From a virus (lineage: Duplodnaviria > Caudoviricetes), in the IMG/VR virus record IMGVR_UViG_3300032216_001476, positions 31,137 to 95,136 of that record: a stretch of DNA of 64,000 bases. The stretch is one strand, 5' to 3'. Under the pieces are notes generated by a model. It had not been told where the DNA came from. It did no database searches and was given only the letters and a program-made list of their open reading frames with translations. Position 1 is the first letter of the stretch. The number at the start of each line of letters is the position of its first letter. Below, piece by piece: positions 17,204 to 27,272 of the stretch. A program made the position numbers and the translations under genes.

Positions 17204-17719
17204 ATGGAAAAAACAATAAGAGAACAACAACTTGAAAAAAGCAGGAACTATCACAAAAACTTAATAGCTAAGTTAAATATTCCTGTTGGAGACTTTAATA
17301 TTAAAGTTCCGTTCAAAAACTTTCACAATGAACCAGTTGTAGGAATTTTTGCATCAGAATTTAAAAAGAAAAATGGTTTTTATTTTGAACTTGTAAAGGG
17401 TGATACATACGAACCTGTAGATGAAAGTGATAGAAGAGTATATAAAATACCCTTCAATACAAACTTTGAGGAAGAATTTGAAATGAATCCCAAAGCTATG
17501 TTTCTTGTTCCCCTTGATGAACTTAAATTTATATCTGATACAAACGCAGTTATTAATACTCCCACTGTAGATAATTCTATATCTAAACCAGATGTAGCAT
17601 CATCTGTAGATGATGCACCTCTATCTGACCTCACTATAAAAGATGTAGTTGCTATATTCTTTAATATGCCTGTGAGTAATAAAATATGGTTAAACGATAT
17701 AATAAAAAGAAAACAATAA
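17204..17719 (+). CDS. hypothetical protein
   Basis: 171-aa ORF. Confidence 0.7.
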   Translation: MEKTIREQQLEKSRNYHKNLIAKLNIPVGDFNIKVPFKNFHNEPVVGIFASEFKKKNGFYFELVKGDTYEPVDESDRRVYKIPFNTNFEEEFEMNPKAMFLVPLDELKFISDTNAVINTPTVDNSISKPDVASSVDDAPLSDLTIKDVVAIFFNMPVSNKIWLNDIIKRKQ

Positions 17720-17722
17720 CAT

Positions 17723-18406
17723 ATGGCAAGTAGTGTATTAATTATCGCAGATCCAGGGAGTGGTAAATCTACCAGTATTGAGAACTTAGATCCAAGTGAA
17801 ACTTTTATCATCAATGTGGCAAATAAACCATTGCCATTTAAAGGATGGAAAAAAAAGTATACATTTTGGACTAAAGACAACCAAAGTGGTAATATGTATA
17901 ATGGCTCAACCGCTAATCAAATAGAGGCAGCTATGAAATACGTGAGTGAAAAACGTCCTGAAATCAAAACTATTGTAATTGATGACTTTCAATATATGTC
18001 ATCATTTGAATTCTTTGATAGGAGTGACGAGAAAGGTTATGAGAAATTTACTCAAATTGGTGCACACTTAGCAAAAATATCTAGGTATCCAAAAGATCTT
18101 AGAGATGATTTAATGGTTTTCTTTTTAACTCATGCTGAAGAATCTACTGATATGGAAGGCAAGAGAAGAGTTAAAGCTAAAACTATTGGTAAGATGGTAG
18201 ATGAAAAACTTAGTTTAGAAGGTTTATTTAGTATTGTATTATTTGGTAAGGTTAAAAAAGATAAAGATGGAAATATTCGTTATATCTTTGAAACCAAGAA
18301 CAATGGTGAGAATACTTGTAAATCACCAAAAGGTATGTTTTCAGACTTTGAAATACCCAATGATTTACAATTTGTAAAAAAAGCAATAACAGAATACGAA
18401 AATTAA
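17723..18406 (+). CDS. AAA_24 / Sak4-like P-loop ATPase
   Basis: ADPGSGKSTS, IVIDDFQY, TCKSPKGMF, IPNDL. Confidence 0.8.
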   Translation: MASSVLIIADPGSGKSTSIENLDPSETFIINVANKPLPFKGWKKKYTFWTKDNQSGNMYNGSTANQIEAAMKYVSEKRPEIKTIVIDDFQYMSSFEFFDRSDEKGYEKFTQIGAHLAKISRYPKDLRDDLMVFFLTHAEESTDMEGKRRVKAKTIGKMVDEKLSLEGLFSIVLFGKVKKDKDGNIRYIFETKNNGENTCKSPKGMFSDFEIPNDLQFVKKAITEYEN

Positions 18407-18418
18407 AAACAAAACAAG

Positions 18419-19027
18419 ATGTTTAACACAAAAGGTCAAGAAGCAAAATCAACAGGAGTAAACAAAAACATTGAACCAGGTATTGTATATGCACACGTGT
18501 TCGATGGCTCACTCAAAGTGTCAGCTAACACAGGTAAAAAATCATTAGAGTTAATACTTGAAACACCTGAAATAAAAGACTTTCAGGGATGGAGTATAAC
18601 CAAAGGTGATGATAATGGTCCTAAGTTTAAAGGTCAAAGTGGTAGAGTTAGTGCAACTGTATGGACAGATCAATTTAATGAGTCTAATATCAATAAGAAT
18701 GAAATCCTATATAAACTCACTGTTATTGCAACCGAGTTAGGAGTTCGTGATGAAATTGACAATGTATCTGCAAATAGCATTGAAGATTGGGTTTCTCAAG
18801 TGATAAATATCATTAAGAACAAAGATCTTTATTGGTTTATTAAAGGTGAAGAACAAGAATATAATGGTAAAATCACTGTTAAACTTAGTCTTCCCAAGTA
18901 TAAATTTGTAAATAGTGATGATGCTAAACTAGATAAGTTTGATAAAAATAACATCTATCATTATAAGCAAATCAAAAATCAAAAAGTATCTGGTTTTGAA
19001 CCATCTACTGATGATTTTCAAATGTAG
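18419..19027 (+). CDS. putative single-stranded DNA-binding protein
   Basis: follows Sak4-like gene, beta-rich, acidic-aromatic C-terminus (DDFQM). Confidence 0.55.
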   Translation: MFNTKGQEAKSTGVNKNIEPGIVYAHVFDGSLKVSANTGKKSLELILETPEIKDFQGWSITKGDDNGPKFKGQSGRVSATVWTDQFNESNINKNEILYKLTVIATELGVRDEIDNVSANSIEDWVSQVINIIKNKDLYWFIKGEEQEYNGKITVKLSLPKYKFVNSDDAKLDKFDKNNIYHYKQIKNQKVSGFEPSTDDFQM

Positions 19028-19066
19028 TAATTCTTAGTTCTGTATATTTCATGTGTTTTAATTTAG

Positions 19067-19096
19067 AGGGGGTGTTTCTACACCCCCTATTTTTTT
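19067..19096 (+). terminator. intrinsic terminator
   Basis: AGGGGGTGT/ACACCCCCT plus T run. Confidence 0.8.
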
Positions 19097-19106
19097 AACT
19101 TATTTT

Positions 19107-20096
19107 ATGTTTAATGTAAAAAATCTTGTTTATAAAATTTCAGATGTCCCTAGTACGTGGATATTTGAGACTTTTTGTAATTTAAAAGAGAAATTAAACG
19201 GACAGGATATTAAAATTAAAAGTTTATTTAATCCTGATGAACGTACACCTAGTATGTGTATTTATATGGATGTGAAAACAGGAGACTACAGATTTAAAGA
19301 TTTCTCCACTGGTAAATACGGTAATGGTATACAACTAGTAAAAGAACTATATAAAACTTCTGATTATTCTGCTTTCTCACAACTTATAATAGACAAGTAT
19401 AATGAATTTGTATTGCTGAATGACGGTAATATTGAAAACAAATCATTTACAAAACAATCTAAATTTAAAGTGACTAATTATCATATTAGAGATTGGTCAA
19501 AGGAAGATGAATTGTTTTGGACAAAATTCAATATTGGCAGTAAATTATTAAATTATTACAATGTAAAACCATTAAGTAGTTATACAATTTCTAAACAAAC
19601 TGAATTTGGTGATATAAATTTAGATATAGCAGGTTCTAATCTCTATGGTTATTTTAAAAATGATCAGTCATTGTACAAAATTTATCAACCAAAAAATCTA
19701 GATAAAAAGTTTCTTAAAGTTTCTGATTACATACAAGGTTCTGAACAACTTGAAAAACATAAGTATTTAGTTATAACTTCAAGTTTAAAGGATATAATGT
19801 CTATCAAAAGTTTAAACTTAAAAATAGATATTATAGCACCTGATTCTGAAAACTCTTTAATTGATTCTAAACTAATGAAGCAATACATCAAATCCTATAA
19901 AAAAGTGATTATCATCTTTGATAATGATGATGCTGGCATAGAATCAATGAGAAAGTATAAAGAAAAATACAAAGAAGTTGAAATATCTTTATTACCTATG
20001 AGTAAAGATATATCTGATTCTATTAAAAACTATGGCGTTAGAGAAGTTAAACTTCGATTAATACCAATTATTAATAGTAAAATACAAAATGTTTAA
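19107..20096 (+). CDS. DNA primase (DnaG-like TOPRIM)
   Basis: ERTPS..FKDFSTG.G N-domain; ITSSLKD, FDNDDAG, KDISD. Confidence 0.85.
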   Translation: MFNVKNLVYKISDVPSTWIFETFCNLKEKLNGQDIKIKSLFNPDERTPSMCIYMDVKTGDYRFKDFSTGKYGNGIQLVKELYKTSDYSAFSQLIIDKYNEFVLLNDGNIENKSFTKQSKFKVTNYHIRDWSKEDELFWTKFNIGSKLLNYYNVKPLSSYTISKQTEFGDINLDIAGSNLYGYFKNDQSLYKIYQPKNLDKKFLKVSDYIQGSEQLEKHKYLVITSSLKDIMSIKSLNLKIDIIAPDSENSLIDSKLMKQYIKSYKKVIIIFDNDDAGIESMRKYKEKYKEVEISLLPMSKDISDSIKNYGVREVKLRLIPIINSKIQNV

Positions 20097-20107
20097 AATC
20101 AGATTGT

Positions 20108-20115
20108 TATATTTG
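20108..20115 (+). promoter_or_regulatory. Bacteroidota -7 element TATATTTG
   Basis: intergenic, upstream of HNH gene. Confidence 0.5.
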
Positions 20116-20127
20116 TATCTATAAAGT

Positions 20128-20529
20128 GTGGATATCATGGCGGCTACTAAAAAAACTACAAGAACAAAAACACCACGTACTAGAAATTCTGGTACCATGA
20201 CAGAGTCTGCGTTTTGGAGTTTTATTAGAAGTGCTTTAAGACAGAAATCTAGATTTTGGAAACCTATAACAGAATGTAAACTAAAAGCAAAAAGAAAATA
20301 TAAAGGTGATAACAAGAGACAAAAGTTTGAATATCAATGTAATAAGTGTAAAAACTGGTTTCCTGAAAAACAAATTGCTGTTGATCATGTTATACCTGCT
20401 GGTAGTTTAAATTGTTATAACGATCTTCCAGGATTTGTAGAACGTCTGTTCTGTGAAACAGACAATCTGCAGGTACTCTGTGAGAGCTGTCACAATACTA
20501 AAACTCAAGCAGAAAAAAGTAAAGTATGA
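20128..20529 (+). CDS. HNH endonuclease
   Basis: YQCNKC..VDHVIP..NLQVLCESCHNTKT; likely start 20137. Confidence 0.8.
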   Translation: MDIMAATKKTTRTKTPRTRNSGTMTESAFWSFIRSALRQKSRFWKPITECKLKAKRKYKGDNKRQKFEYQCNKCKNWFPEKQIAVDHVIPAGSLNCYNDLPGFVERLFCETDNLQVLCESCHNTKTQAEKSKV

Positions 20530-20747
20530 GTACAGAAAAACAAATAAAAGCTCGTAAGTCTTACAAGTTTTATAAAAACGTATTTCAATTGGCTAATGAA
20601 CGTCAGCCTAAAGAATTACTGAAGTATATCCATACATATATGGAAAGTGGTAACAAACATGGTTCTGTATCTAATGCAAACTGGGCCATGGAATCTATTG
20701 ATCAAGTTTTAAAAGAAAATCATGTCAGTACAAACAGTATATGCTAG
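20526..20747 (+). CDS. hypothetical protein
   Basis: 73-aa ORF, overlapping start/stop. Confidence 0.6.
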   Translation: MSTEKQIKARKSYKFYKNVFQLANERQPKELLKYIHTYMESGNKHGSVSNANWAMESIDQVLKENHVSTNSIC

Positions 20748-20967
20748 AAAATGTGACCACTGTTCTAAAGGAATGGATTATGGTTATACAGTAAACGAAG
20801 GTGAAGAATACTATTGTTCAAATGAGTGTCTTCATAAACACTATACTGAAGATGAATGGGCGGATATGCATGACAATGGAGATGGTGATTCATATTGGAC
20901 AGAGTGGGATGATCCCATTGACATTCAGTATATATTAGTCGGTAATGAAGTAAAAGAAATAGGATAA
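20722..20967 (+). CDS. small Zn-finger acidic protein
   Basis: CDHC..YYCSNEC..YWTEW. Confidence 0.7.
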   Translation: MSVQTVYARKCDHCSKGMDYGYTVNEGEEYYCSNECLHKHYTEDEWADMHDNGDGDSYWTEWDDPIDIQYILVGNEVKEIG

Positions 20968-20981
20968 TAAAACATATAGTT

Positions 20982-21215
20982 ATGCCTGAATTACACGAGA
21001 CCATGATGGGTCGTAAACTTATAGAGCACACACTTCCTAACATAGGAGATCAGTTAAAACGTATAGCTGATTCATTGGAGAAAAAAACCAGTTCAAAAGA
21101 TGTAATAGAAATTGGTATCTATTATTATACTGACGAAAATGGAAAGAAAGTATATGACATAGAAGAAATGTACAGAGAATTTGAAACAAAGATTCAAGAA
21201 TTTGATAAACCTTAA
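20982..21215 (+). CDS. hypothetical protein
   Basis: 77-aa ORF. Confidence 0.65.
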   Translation: MPELHETMMGRKLIEHTLPNIGDQLKRIADSLEKKTSSKDVIEIGIYYYTDENGKKVYDIEEMYREFETKIQEFDKP

Positions 21216-21218
21216 GTT

Positions 21219-21386
21219 ATGCAAGACCCAATGTTTTCAGTAGAAGCTGTGGACGCTGCAGTTGACTACAAAATGAAGTATGATGAGCTACTGCATTTTA
21301 TTGAAATAGTAGAAGCTCTCACTTATGATGAAATGACATCTAAACGTATTGGTAACTTTTTAAAAGAAAAAGGTATATGGACATAA
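21219..21386 (+). CDS. small hypothetical protein (55 aa, not in ORF track)
   Basis: MQDPMFSVEAVDAAVDYKMKY...KGIWT fills the gap. Confidence 0.6.
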   Translation: MQDPMFSVEAVDAAVDYKMKYDELLHFIEIVEALTYDEMTSKRIGNFLKEKGIWT

Positions 21387-21820
21387 CCATTAACGATGTA
21401 ATAAAAAAATATCCTAAAATATTCCAAGACTACAAAGGTAATCCTAGAGGAGTCAACTGGAAAGATATACCTGATGGATGGGTTTCTGTTGTAGATACTT
21501 TATGTAAATCTATTCAGCATTATATAGATGAAACTAGTAAATGGAATAATGAAGAGAAGAAGTTTGTTAATCCACCACAAGTAGTTTGTTCACAAATGAA
21601 AGAAAAATATGGTGGTTTAAGATTTTATACTGATGGTCATGATGATATAGTTGAAGGTATGATACATATGGCTGAAGTAATGTGTGATAATATATGTCAA
21701 GATTGTGGTAGAGATAAAGATCTTGGTACAACATCACAATATATTATGACAATATGTAGAGGTTGTATACAATATCATGGAGATAGAGCTATGGCTAATT
21801 GGAATGAAAAAACTATTTAA
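21377..21820 (+). CDS. conserved phage protein (QxKEKxGGLRFY, C-terminal Zn ribbon)
   Basis: DGW..QMKEKYGGLRFY..CQDCG..C..C. Confidence 0.75.
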   Translation: MDITINDVIKKYPKIFQDYKGNPRGVNWKDIPDGWVSVVDTLCKSIQHYIDETSKWNNEEKKFVNPPQVVCSQMKEKYGGLRFYTDGHDDIVEGMIHMAEVMCDNICQDCGRDKDLGTTSQYIMTICRGCIQYHGDRAMANWNEKTI

Positions 21821-22163
21821 TATGGAAAAAAAACAACCACAATCTTTTTCTGAATGGTTAAACTCTTCGCAAACTCAAAAGATGATGCATAGAGTTGGTA
21901 AACAGTATGATGAATCTGTAAAAAAATTATCAGAATTACTAACAGATGAAATGGTTAGTGATATTAAAAAATGGAGAATTGGAGATGGACCTGATGATTT
22001 AACTACACATTCTTGGAGATCTTTAGCCTGTGAATTTCATGATAAGTATGAAGCTTTTTCAAATGAAAATTCAATTGACTATGGTAATCAAATTTCTGGT
22101 ATGCAACTTTGTGAAGCTGCAATGATTAAACTAAACGAAAAAGCAGAAGACGGATGGAACTAG
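21777..22163 (+). CDS. hypothetical protein
   Basis: 128-aa ORF. Confidence 0.6.
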   Translation: MEIELWLIGMKKLFNMEKKQPQSFSEWLNSSQTQKMMHRVGKQYDESVKKLSELLTDEMVSDIKKWRIGDGPDDLTTHSWRSLACEFHDKYEAFSNENSIDYGNQISGMQLCEAAMIKLNEKAEDGWN

Positions 22164-23182
22164 ATGATATCTTACAAGAGTCTATTAAAATACACGAAGA
22201 GGAATTTTACAGTAAAAAAATGTATTATTCTTATAGTAGTTTAAATAAGTTGATGTGGAATCCACAAGCTTATTATCAATCGTATGTTCTAAATATAAAA
22301 GAAGAAAAATTAGATGGTCATCTTGTAAATGGTAAGCTTATACATTTATTACTTCTAGAACCTGAAAAGTTTGATGAAGTATTTATAATGAGTCCTATTA
22401 GTTTACCTGGAGATAGTATAAAGAAAGTGGTTCATAGAGTGTACGAACACCATGTTGAATTGTATCAAAATGGTGATGCGAGAGAAAATCTTGAAGATTT
22501 TACTGATGCTATTATAGACATCTTAAAAGATATTAATTTATACCAATCATTAAAAACAGATCAGCAAAGAATTGAAAAAATTCTTACACCTGAAGCTTTT
22601 AATTATTGGAACTATCTTAAAATGAAAAAAGATAAAACTATAATAGATGATGAAACTTTTAAGTTTTGTTTAAGTGCTGTAGATATTATTAAAACTCACA
22701 ATAACATTATTGAACTTCTAGGTCTAAATGTTACTGATTTTGATAATAAACAAGTATTTAATGAACTACCCTTTCAAATAGATCTTCCAAATAAAACATA
22801 CGGTTTTAGAGGTATCATAGATAATATGGTTGTAGATCATACTAATCGCACCATTTTTATAAATGATATAAAAACAACGAGTAAAGAATTAAAAAACTTC
22901 TCCGAAAGTGTTGAATTCTACTCATATTGGATGCAAGCAATTATATATAATATTGCTGTAACCTTAAAATATGGTTCTTATTTAGAACAAGGATATACAT
23001 TAAAGTTTCATTTTATCGTAATTGATAAAATGTTTCAAACATATGCGTTTCCAGTTAGTGAAACTACATTAAATTATTGGCTTGATAGATTTGAAAAAGT
23101 CTTACAACAAGCTGAATGGCATTATAATAATAAGGATTATAGTCTACCTTATGAATTTGCTACAAGTAGTGTAATTCTTTAA
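22154..23182 (+). CDS. PD-(D/E)XK exonuclease (RecE/ExoVIII-like)
   Basis: SYSSL, G..IH..LLEP, E..F..GIIDN..NDIKTT, YWMQA..Y. Confidence 0.8.
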   Translation: MELDDILQESIKIHEEEFYSKKMYYSYSSLNKLMWNPQAYYQSYVLNIKEEKLDGHLVNGKLIHLLLLEPEKFDEVFIMSPISLPGDSIKKVVHRVYEHHVELYQNGDARENLEDFTDAIIDILKDINLYQSLKTDQQRIEKILTPEAFNYWNYLKMKKDKTIIDDETFKFCLSAVDIIKTHNNIIELLGLNVTDFDNKQVFNELPFQIDLPNKTYGFRGIIDNMVVDHTNRTIFINDIKTTSKELKNFSESVEFYSYWMQAIIYNIAVTLKYGSYLEQGYTLKFHFIVIDKMFQTYAFPVSETTLNYWLDRFEKVLQQAEWHYNNKDYSLPYEFATSSVIL

Positions 23183-23193
23183 AAAATGATTAA

Positions 23194-23742
23194 ATGATAG
23201 AAAGTTTATATAGTAAATACTTTCAAAAATCTAAATCATTTTTATATCCAGCTCTAGGGATTACTAAAAAGAATAAGATATCTCCCATAGGTACTTATAT
23301 ATCTATCAAAGGTAAAATAGGACCTGAAGAGATGAAACTCATTTGTGTTTTTAAGTATTCTAATTCACAAGAATATAAAGACTTTGAGTCACAAATGCTA
23401 TTAAGTAATCCTTTGTTTGAAAAACACTTTGAGACTAAAGGATATAAAATATACATTTTCAATATGGAAATGTATAAACATGATTGGTTTTCGTTTTTAC
23501 TGGGAAAATATTCTCAATTAAGTTCTGTATTAAAAAAAGCTATAAGACATTATTATGGTGACAAATCATCAGAATATAAATACATTGATTCATATTTATA
23601 CCCTGAAAAGTATTTTGAACTATATTCTAAACTTCTAGCCGTTGATATTAAGGTTTTAAAGTCTACTGGAGAACTCTGTAGTGCTTGTGATTTGGATAAA
23701 GAAACACTGGAAATTCCAAAAGAAGATTTGGATTTATTGTAA
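23194..23742 (+). CDS. hypothetical protein
   Basis: 182-aa ORF. Confidence 0.7.
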   Translation: MIESLYSKYFQKSKSFLYPALGITKKNKISPIGTYISIKGKIGPEEMKLICVFKYSNSQEYKDFESQMLLSNPLFEKHFETKGYKIYIFNMEMYKHDWFSFLLGKYSQLSSVLKKAIRHYYGDKSSEYKYIDSYLYPEKYFELYSKLLAVDIKVLKSTGELCSACDLDKETLEIPKEDLDLL

Positions 23743-23759
23743 AACTGAACTTATATTTG
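23727..23759 (+). promoter_or_regulatory. Bacteroidota sigma-A promoter (-33/-7)
   Basis: TTTG (23727-30), 21-nt spacer, TATATTTG (23752-59). Confidence 0.65.
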
Positions 23760-23775
23760 TATAAACATTAAAAGA

Positions 23776-24180
23776 ATGGACAAAACAATGATGCTAATCA
23801 CCTCTAGGTGGGTTAACAAAAAGACCTTCAAGATGATACCTACTACCTCTCAATCTCCTTATAATGAAGCTATTTTTGATTTGGATAGTAAGGTGCTTGC
23901 TTTAATTAGCAAAGAGAAGAAAGAAAGTTTTCATATGTTACCCAGGTTAAATGAGTTTGGAGATCTTCAACCTCTTAAAATTGGAAAAAGAACCAATGGT
24001 AAAGATTATGCTGAAGAACGTAAAACTCTGGATACCTACTATGAATATTTCATAGAAGAACGTAATGAAATTGAAAACTTTGTAAAAACATTTGCCGTTA
24101 ATAGTAAAGATTTCGATATTAAATCTTACCTTGACGAAGCATTTGAGAATCAAGAAGAGAGTTTGATTGTCAAACCATAA
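23776..24180 (+). CDS. hypothetical protein
   Basis: 134-aa ORF upstream of polymerase. Confidence 0.7.
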   Translation: MDKTMMLITSRWVNKKTFKMIPTTSQSPYNEAIFDLDSKVLALISKEKKESFHMLPRLNEFGDLQPLKIGKRTNGKDYAEERKTLDTYYEYFIEERNEIENFVKTFAVNSKDFDIKSYLDEAFENQEESLIVKP

Positions 24181-24227
24181 CTAACAATAAAAAATAAGGG
24201 GGAACAGCTTAACTGAACAAAAAGGTT

Positions 24228-26168
24228 ATGTCATCTGAAAAAAAAGACCATTGGGTAATGGACTATGAGACTATTTGTAATTGTTTCATAGGAGTATTTC
24301 AACACTACACAGATGAGTCACAAAGAAAGATATTTATAATCAATGAAAATCAGAACGATTACATTGATTTAATATCTTTCTTTGAAAATAACATAAAGCA
24401 TAAAGAATACCATATATCTTATAATGGTTTAGCTTTTGACTCACAAATTACAGAACATCTTCTACAAAGAAAATCTAGATTCCTCAAACTAGATGGTAAA
24501 TCCCTAGCAAAAGAAATATATGAGTATGCTCAAAAAGTAATAGAGCGATCTGACTCAAACACATTTCAAGAGTATCCCCCATTCAAACTTAGTATTAAAC
24601 AGATTGATTTATTTAAAATGAATCACTGGGATAATCGTGCTAAGATGAGTAGTCTTAAATGGATACAATATAGTATGGATTGGTATAATGTAGAAGAGAT
24701 GCCTCATCATCACAATAAACCTATCAAAACTATTGAGGAATTAGACAATGTTATAAGTTATTGTATTAATGATGTACTCTCAACTAAAGAAATATTACAA
24801 TATTCTAAAGAGCAAATAGTGTTAAGACAAACCTTAACCAAAGAATATAATATTGATTTGTATAGTGCATCTGAACCTAGAATTTCTAAAGAACTGTTTC
24901 TACATTTCCTTAGTAATAAACTAGAAATGGAGAAAAGTGAAATTAAAACTTTAAGAACTCCACGCAGTAGTATAGTAATTGGAGATTGTATACTACCTTA
25001 TATTAAATTTAAGACTCCTGTTTTCCAAGAACTACTCAAATACTTTCAAAACAAAACCATCACATCTACAAAAGACGGTTTTAAATACACAGTGAACTAT
25101 AAAGGTATTAAAACTGATTATGGTTTAGGCGGTATTCATGGTTCTATAGATGCTGATATATACACAGCTAATCCTGGTTGGACTATTATGACATCTGACG
25201 TTACTAGTTTCTATCCTAATTTAGCTATACGTAATGGATTTCACCCACAACATCTTCCTAAAAAAGACTTCTGTGAATTGTATGAATGGTTCTTTGAAGA
25301 ACGTAAAAAAATACCAAAGTCTGATCCTAAAAACTATGTATATAAGATTATTCTTAATAGTACTTATGGTTTAACTGGTGATGAAAATAGTTTTTTGTAC
25401 GATCCTAAAATGACAATGCAAATCACTGTTAATGGTCAACTTCTACTAACAATGTTATATGAGATGTTGACCATTGCTATTCCTGAAGCTATTCCATTGA
25501 TGCAAAATACTGATGGTTTGGAAATGATTATTCCAAACAATAAGATTGAAACATACATGCAAGTATGTAAAGAATGGGAAGCTTTAACTCAATTACAATT
25601 AGAACATGATGAATATTCCAAGATGATTATTCGTGATGTAAATAATTATATTGCAGTACATAAGAATGGTAAAGTTAAATGTAAAGGTGCATTTGAGTGG
25701 GAAGATTTACATAAAAAGAAAGTAGCAGTATTTCATAAAAACAAAAGTTTTCTAATTATTCCTAAAGCCATATATGCATATTTTGTTAATGGTATAAAAC
25801 CTGAAGATTTTATAGAAGTGAACAATAATATATTTGATTATTGTGCTGGTGTAAAATCTAAAAGTGGTTGGTATTATGAAGCAAGAGCTGTAGAAAATGG
25901 TGAAGTAGTTTGTAAAAAACTACAAAAAATAGTTAGATATTATATTTCAAATTCGGGTTCAAAATTAGTTAAATGTAATCCAGATGGTCGTGAAATTCAA
26001 GTAGAAGCTGGCATATGGATGCAAAATGTCGTAAACAATTTAGATGCAACTGTACCATTTAATAGTTATGACATCAATAAAAAGTATTATCTAGATTCTA
26101 TTTATAAAGAAATCAATCAAATAGAAAAATTAAAATCTAGAGGATACACACAACTTTCACTATTTTAA
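24228..26168 (+). CDS. family B DNA polymerase (crAss-like)
   Basis: exonuclease DYE, YNGLAFD, YCINDV; polymerase SDVTSFYPN, KIILNSTYG, NTDG, KCKG. Confidence 0.92.
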   Translation: MSSEKKDHWVMDYETICNCFIGVFQHYTDESQRKIFIINENQNDYIDLISFFENNIKHKEYHISYNGLAFDSQITEHLLQRKSRFLKLDGKSLAKEIYEYAQKVIERSDSNTFQEYPPFKLSIKQIDLFKMNHWDNRAKMSSLKWIQYSMDWYNVEEMPHHHNKPIKTIEELDNVISYCINDVLSTKEILQYSKEQIVLRQTLTKEYNIDLYSASEPRISKELFLHFLSNKLEMEKSEIKTLRTPRSSIVIGDCILPYIKFKTPVFQELLKYFQNKTITSTKDGFKYTVNYKGIKTDYGLGGIHGSIDADIYTANPGWTIMTSDVTSFYPNLAIRNGFHPQHLPKKDFCELYEWFFEERKKIPKSDPKNYVYKIILNSTYGLTGDENSFLYDPKMTMQITVNGQLLLTMLYEMLTIAIPEAIPLMQNTDGLEMIIPNNKIETYMQVCKEWEALTQLQLEHDEYSKMIIRDVNNYIAVHKNGKVKCKGAFEWEDLHKKKVAVFHKNKSFLIIPKAIYAYFVNGIKPEDFIEVNNNIFDYCAGVKSKSGWYYEARAVENGEVVCKKLQKIVRYYISNSGSKLVKCNPDGREIQVEAGIWMQNVVNNLDATVPFNSYDINKKYYLDSIYKEINQIEKLKSRGYTQLSLF

Positions 26169-26177
26169 ATTTACAAA

Positions 26178-26918
26178 ATGCCTAAAAGAGTTTTAGAAGT
26201 TTCAGAAAATGAAGTATTAGATAATACAAGACATTCTATTATATCAAGTTTTATTGCAAATGCAAAAACTATTATAAACAATAAAAATTTTATTGTTTAT
26301 AATACTTATTATAAAGTTACAGAAAACTATGATACAGTAGAAGTAGCTTATAACTTAGGATCTTATGGTTTTGTAAACAATCTATTTTTAATTTGTACTG
26401 TTTCAAATATAAAATCTTATAAATTTAAAGCTATAATCAAATGTGATAATTTGACATTTGGTAGTAGTTCAAAAGTATTTAGGAAGAACTTGACAGTAAA
26501 TGATAGTTTAGATATGATTGGAACATTACTATTAAATGTTCCAAATGAAGTGGGTGCGTTAAAAAACTTTAACTATGCACTTGATATTAAAAAAATTACT
26601 AAAAAAGAAATTTCTGAAATAGTTGGTCATCTTTACTTTCATGAAGAAATTCTAACATCTTCTCAAATTAGTTTACTAAAAAAAGAATATAATTTGAGTT
26701 CAAGAATTAATACTTATTTAGATTTCTATAATAAGATTAGTATTGTTTTGGAATTATCACATCCAAATTCTTATATGAATAATCATTATATACTTTCTAA
26801 CTTCTTTTTAAATAAGATTCTTGATTCTTATCCTAATGCAGAAACGGTTAGTGTAGAACCACAAGAAATAGCAGTTCAAAAAGAAGAAGAAGTACTTTTT
26901 GGTGTAAATTTTTTATAA
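26178..26918 (+). CDS. hypothetical protein
   Basis: 246-aa N/I/K-rich ORF. Confidence 0.65.
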   Translation: MPKRVLEVSENEVLDNTRHSIISSFIANAKTIINNKNFIVYNTYYKVTENYDTVEVAYNLGSYGFVNNLFLICTVSNIKSYKFKAIIKCDNLTFGSSSKVFRKNLTVNDSLDMIGTLLLNVPNEVGALKNFNYALDIKKITKKEISEIVGHLYFHEEILTSSQISLLKKEYNLSSRINTYLDFYNKISIVLELSHPNSYMNNHYILSNFFLNKILDSYPNAETVSVEPQEIAVQKEEEVLFGVNFL

Positions 26919-26924
26919 GAAATT

Positions 26925-27272
26925 ATGAGTAAAAGGGAGTTGAGTAATGATACTATTGGAGAACTTTTCATGAATGTATTACAACATATGAAATGTATTG
27001 AAATACGTATTGACTTTGCTAAAAATCTTACATCACAAAAACAAAAATACGCTCTCGATTTATCACTTAAAAAAATTAAATCGGCTATTGATAATCTTTG
27101 TGATTTATTAGGTGATAGCAGTATGGTTTTGAAAGTTAAAAAAGAACTTGATAAATCAGATATGGTATATGTAATGCTTCTCACTGAAAAGTTCTCTAAT
27201 CTCACCCCAGATGAACTAGAGGAAATAGATGAGATACTAGAAGATTATATTAATAAAAAACATAAAACATGA
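26925..27272 (+). CDS. hypothetical helical protein
   Basis: 115-aa ORF. Confidence 0.7.
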   Translation: MSKRELSNDTIGELFMNVLQHMKCIEIRIDFAKNLTSQKQKYALDLSLKKIKSAIDNLCDLLGDSSMVLKVKKELDKSDMVYVMLLTEKFSNLTPDELEEIDEILEDYINKKHKT

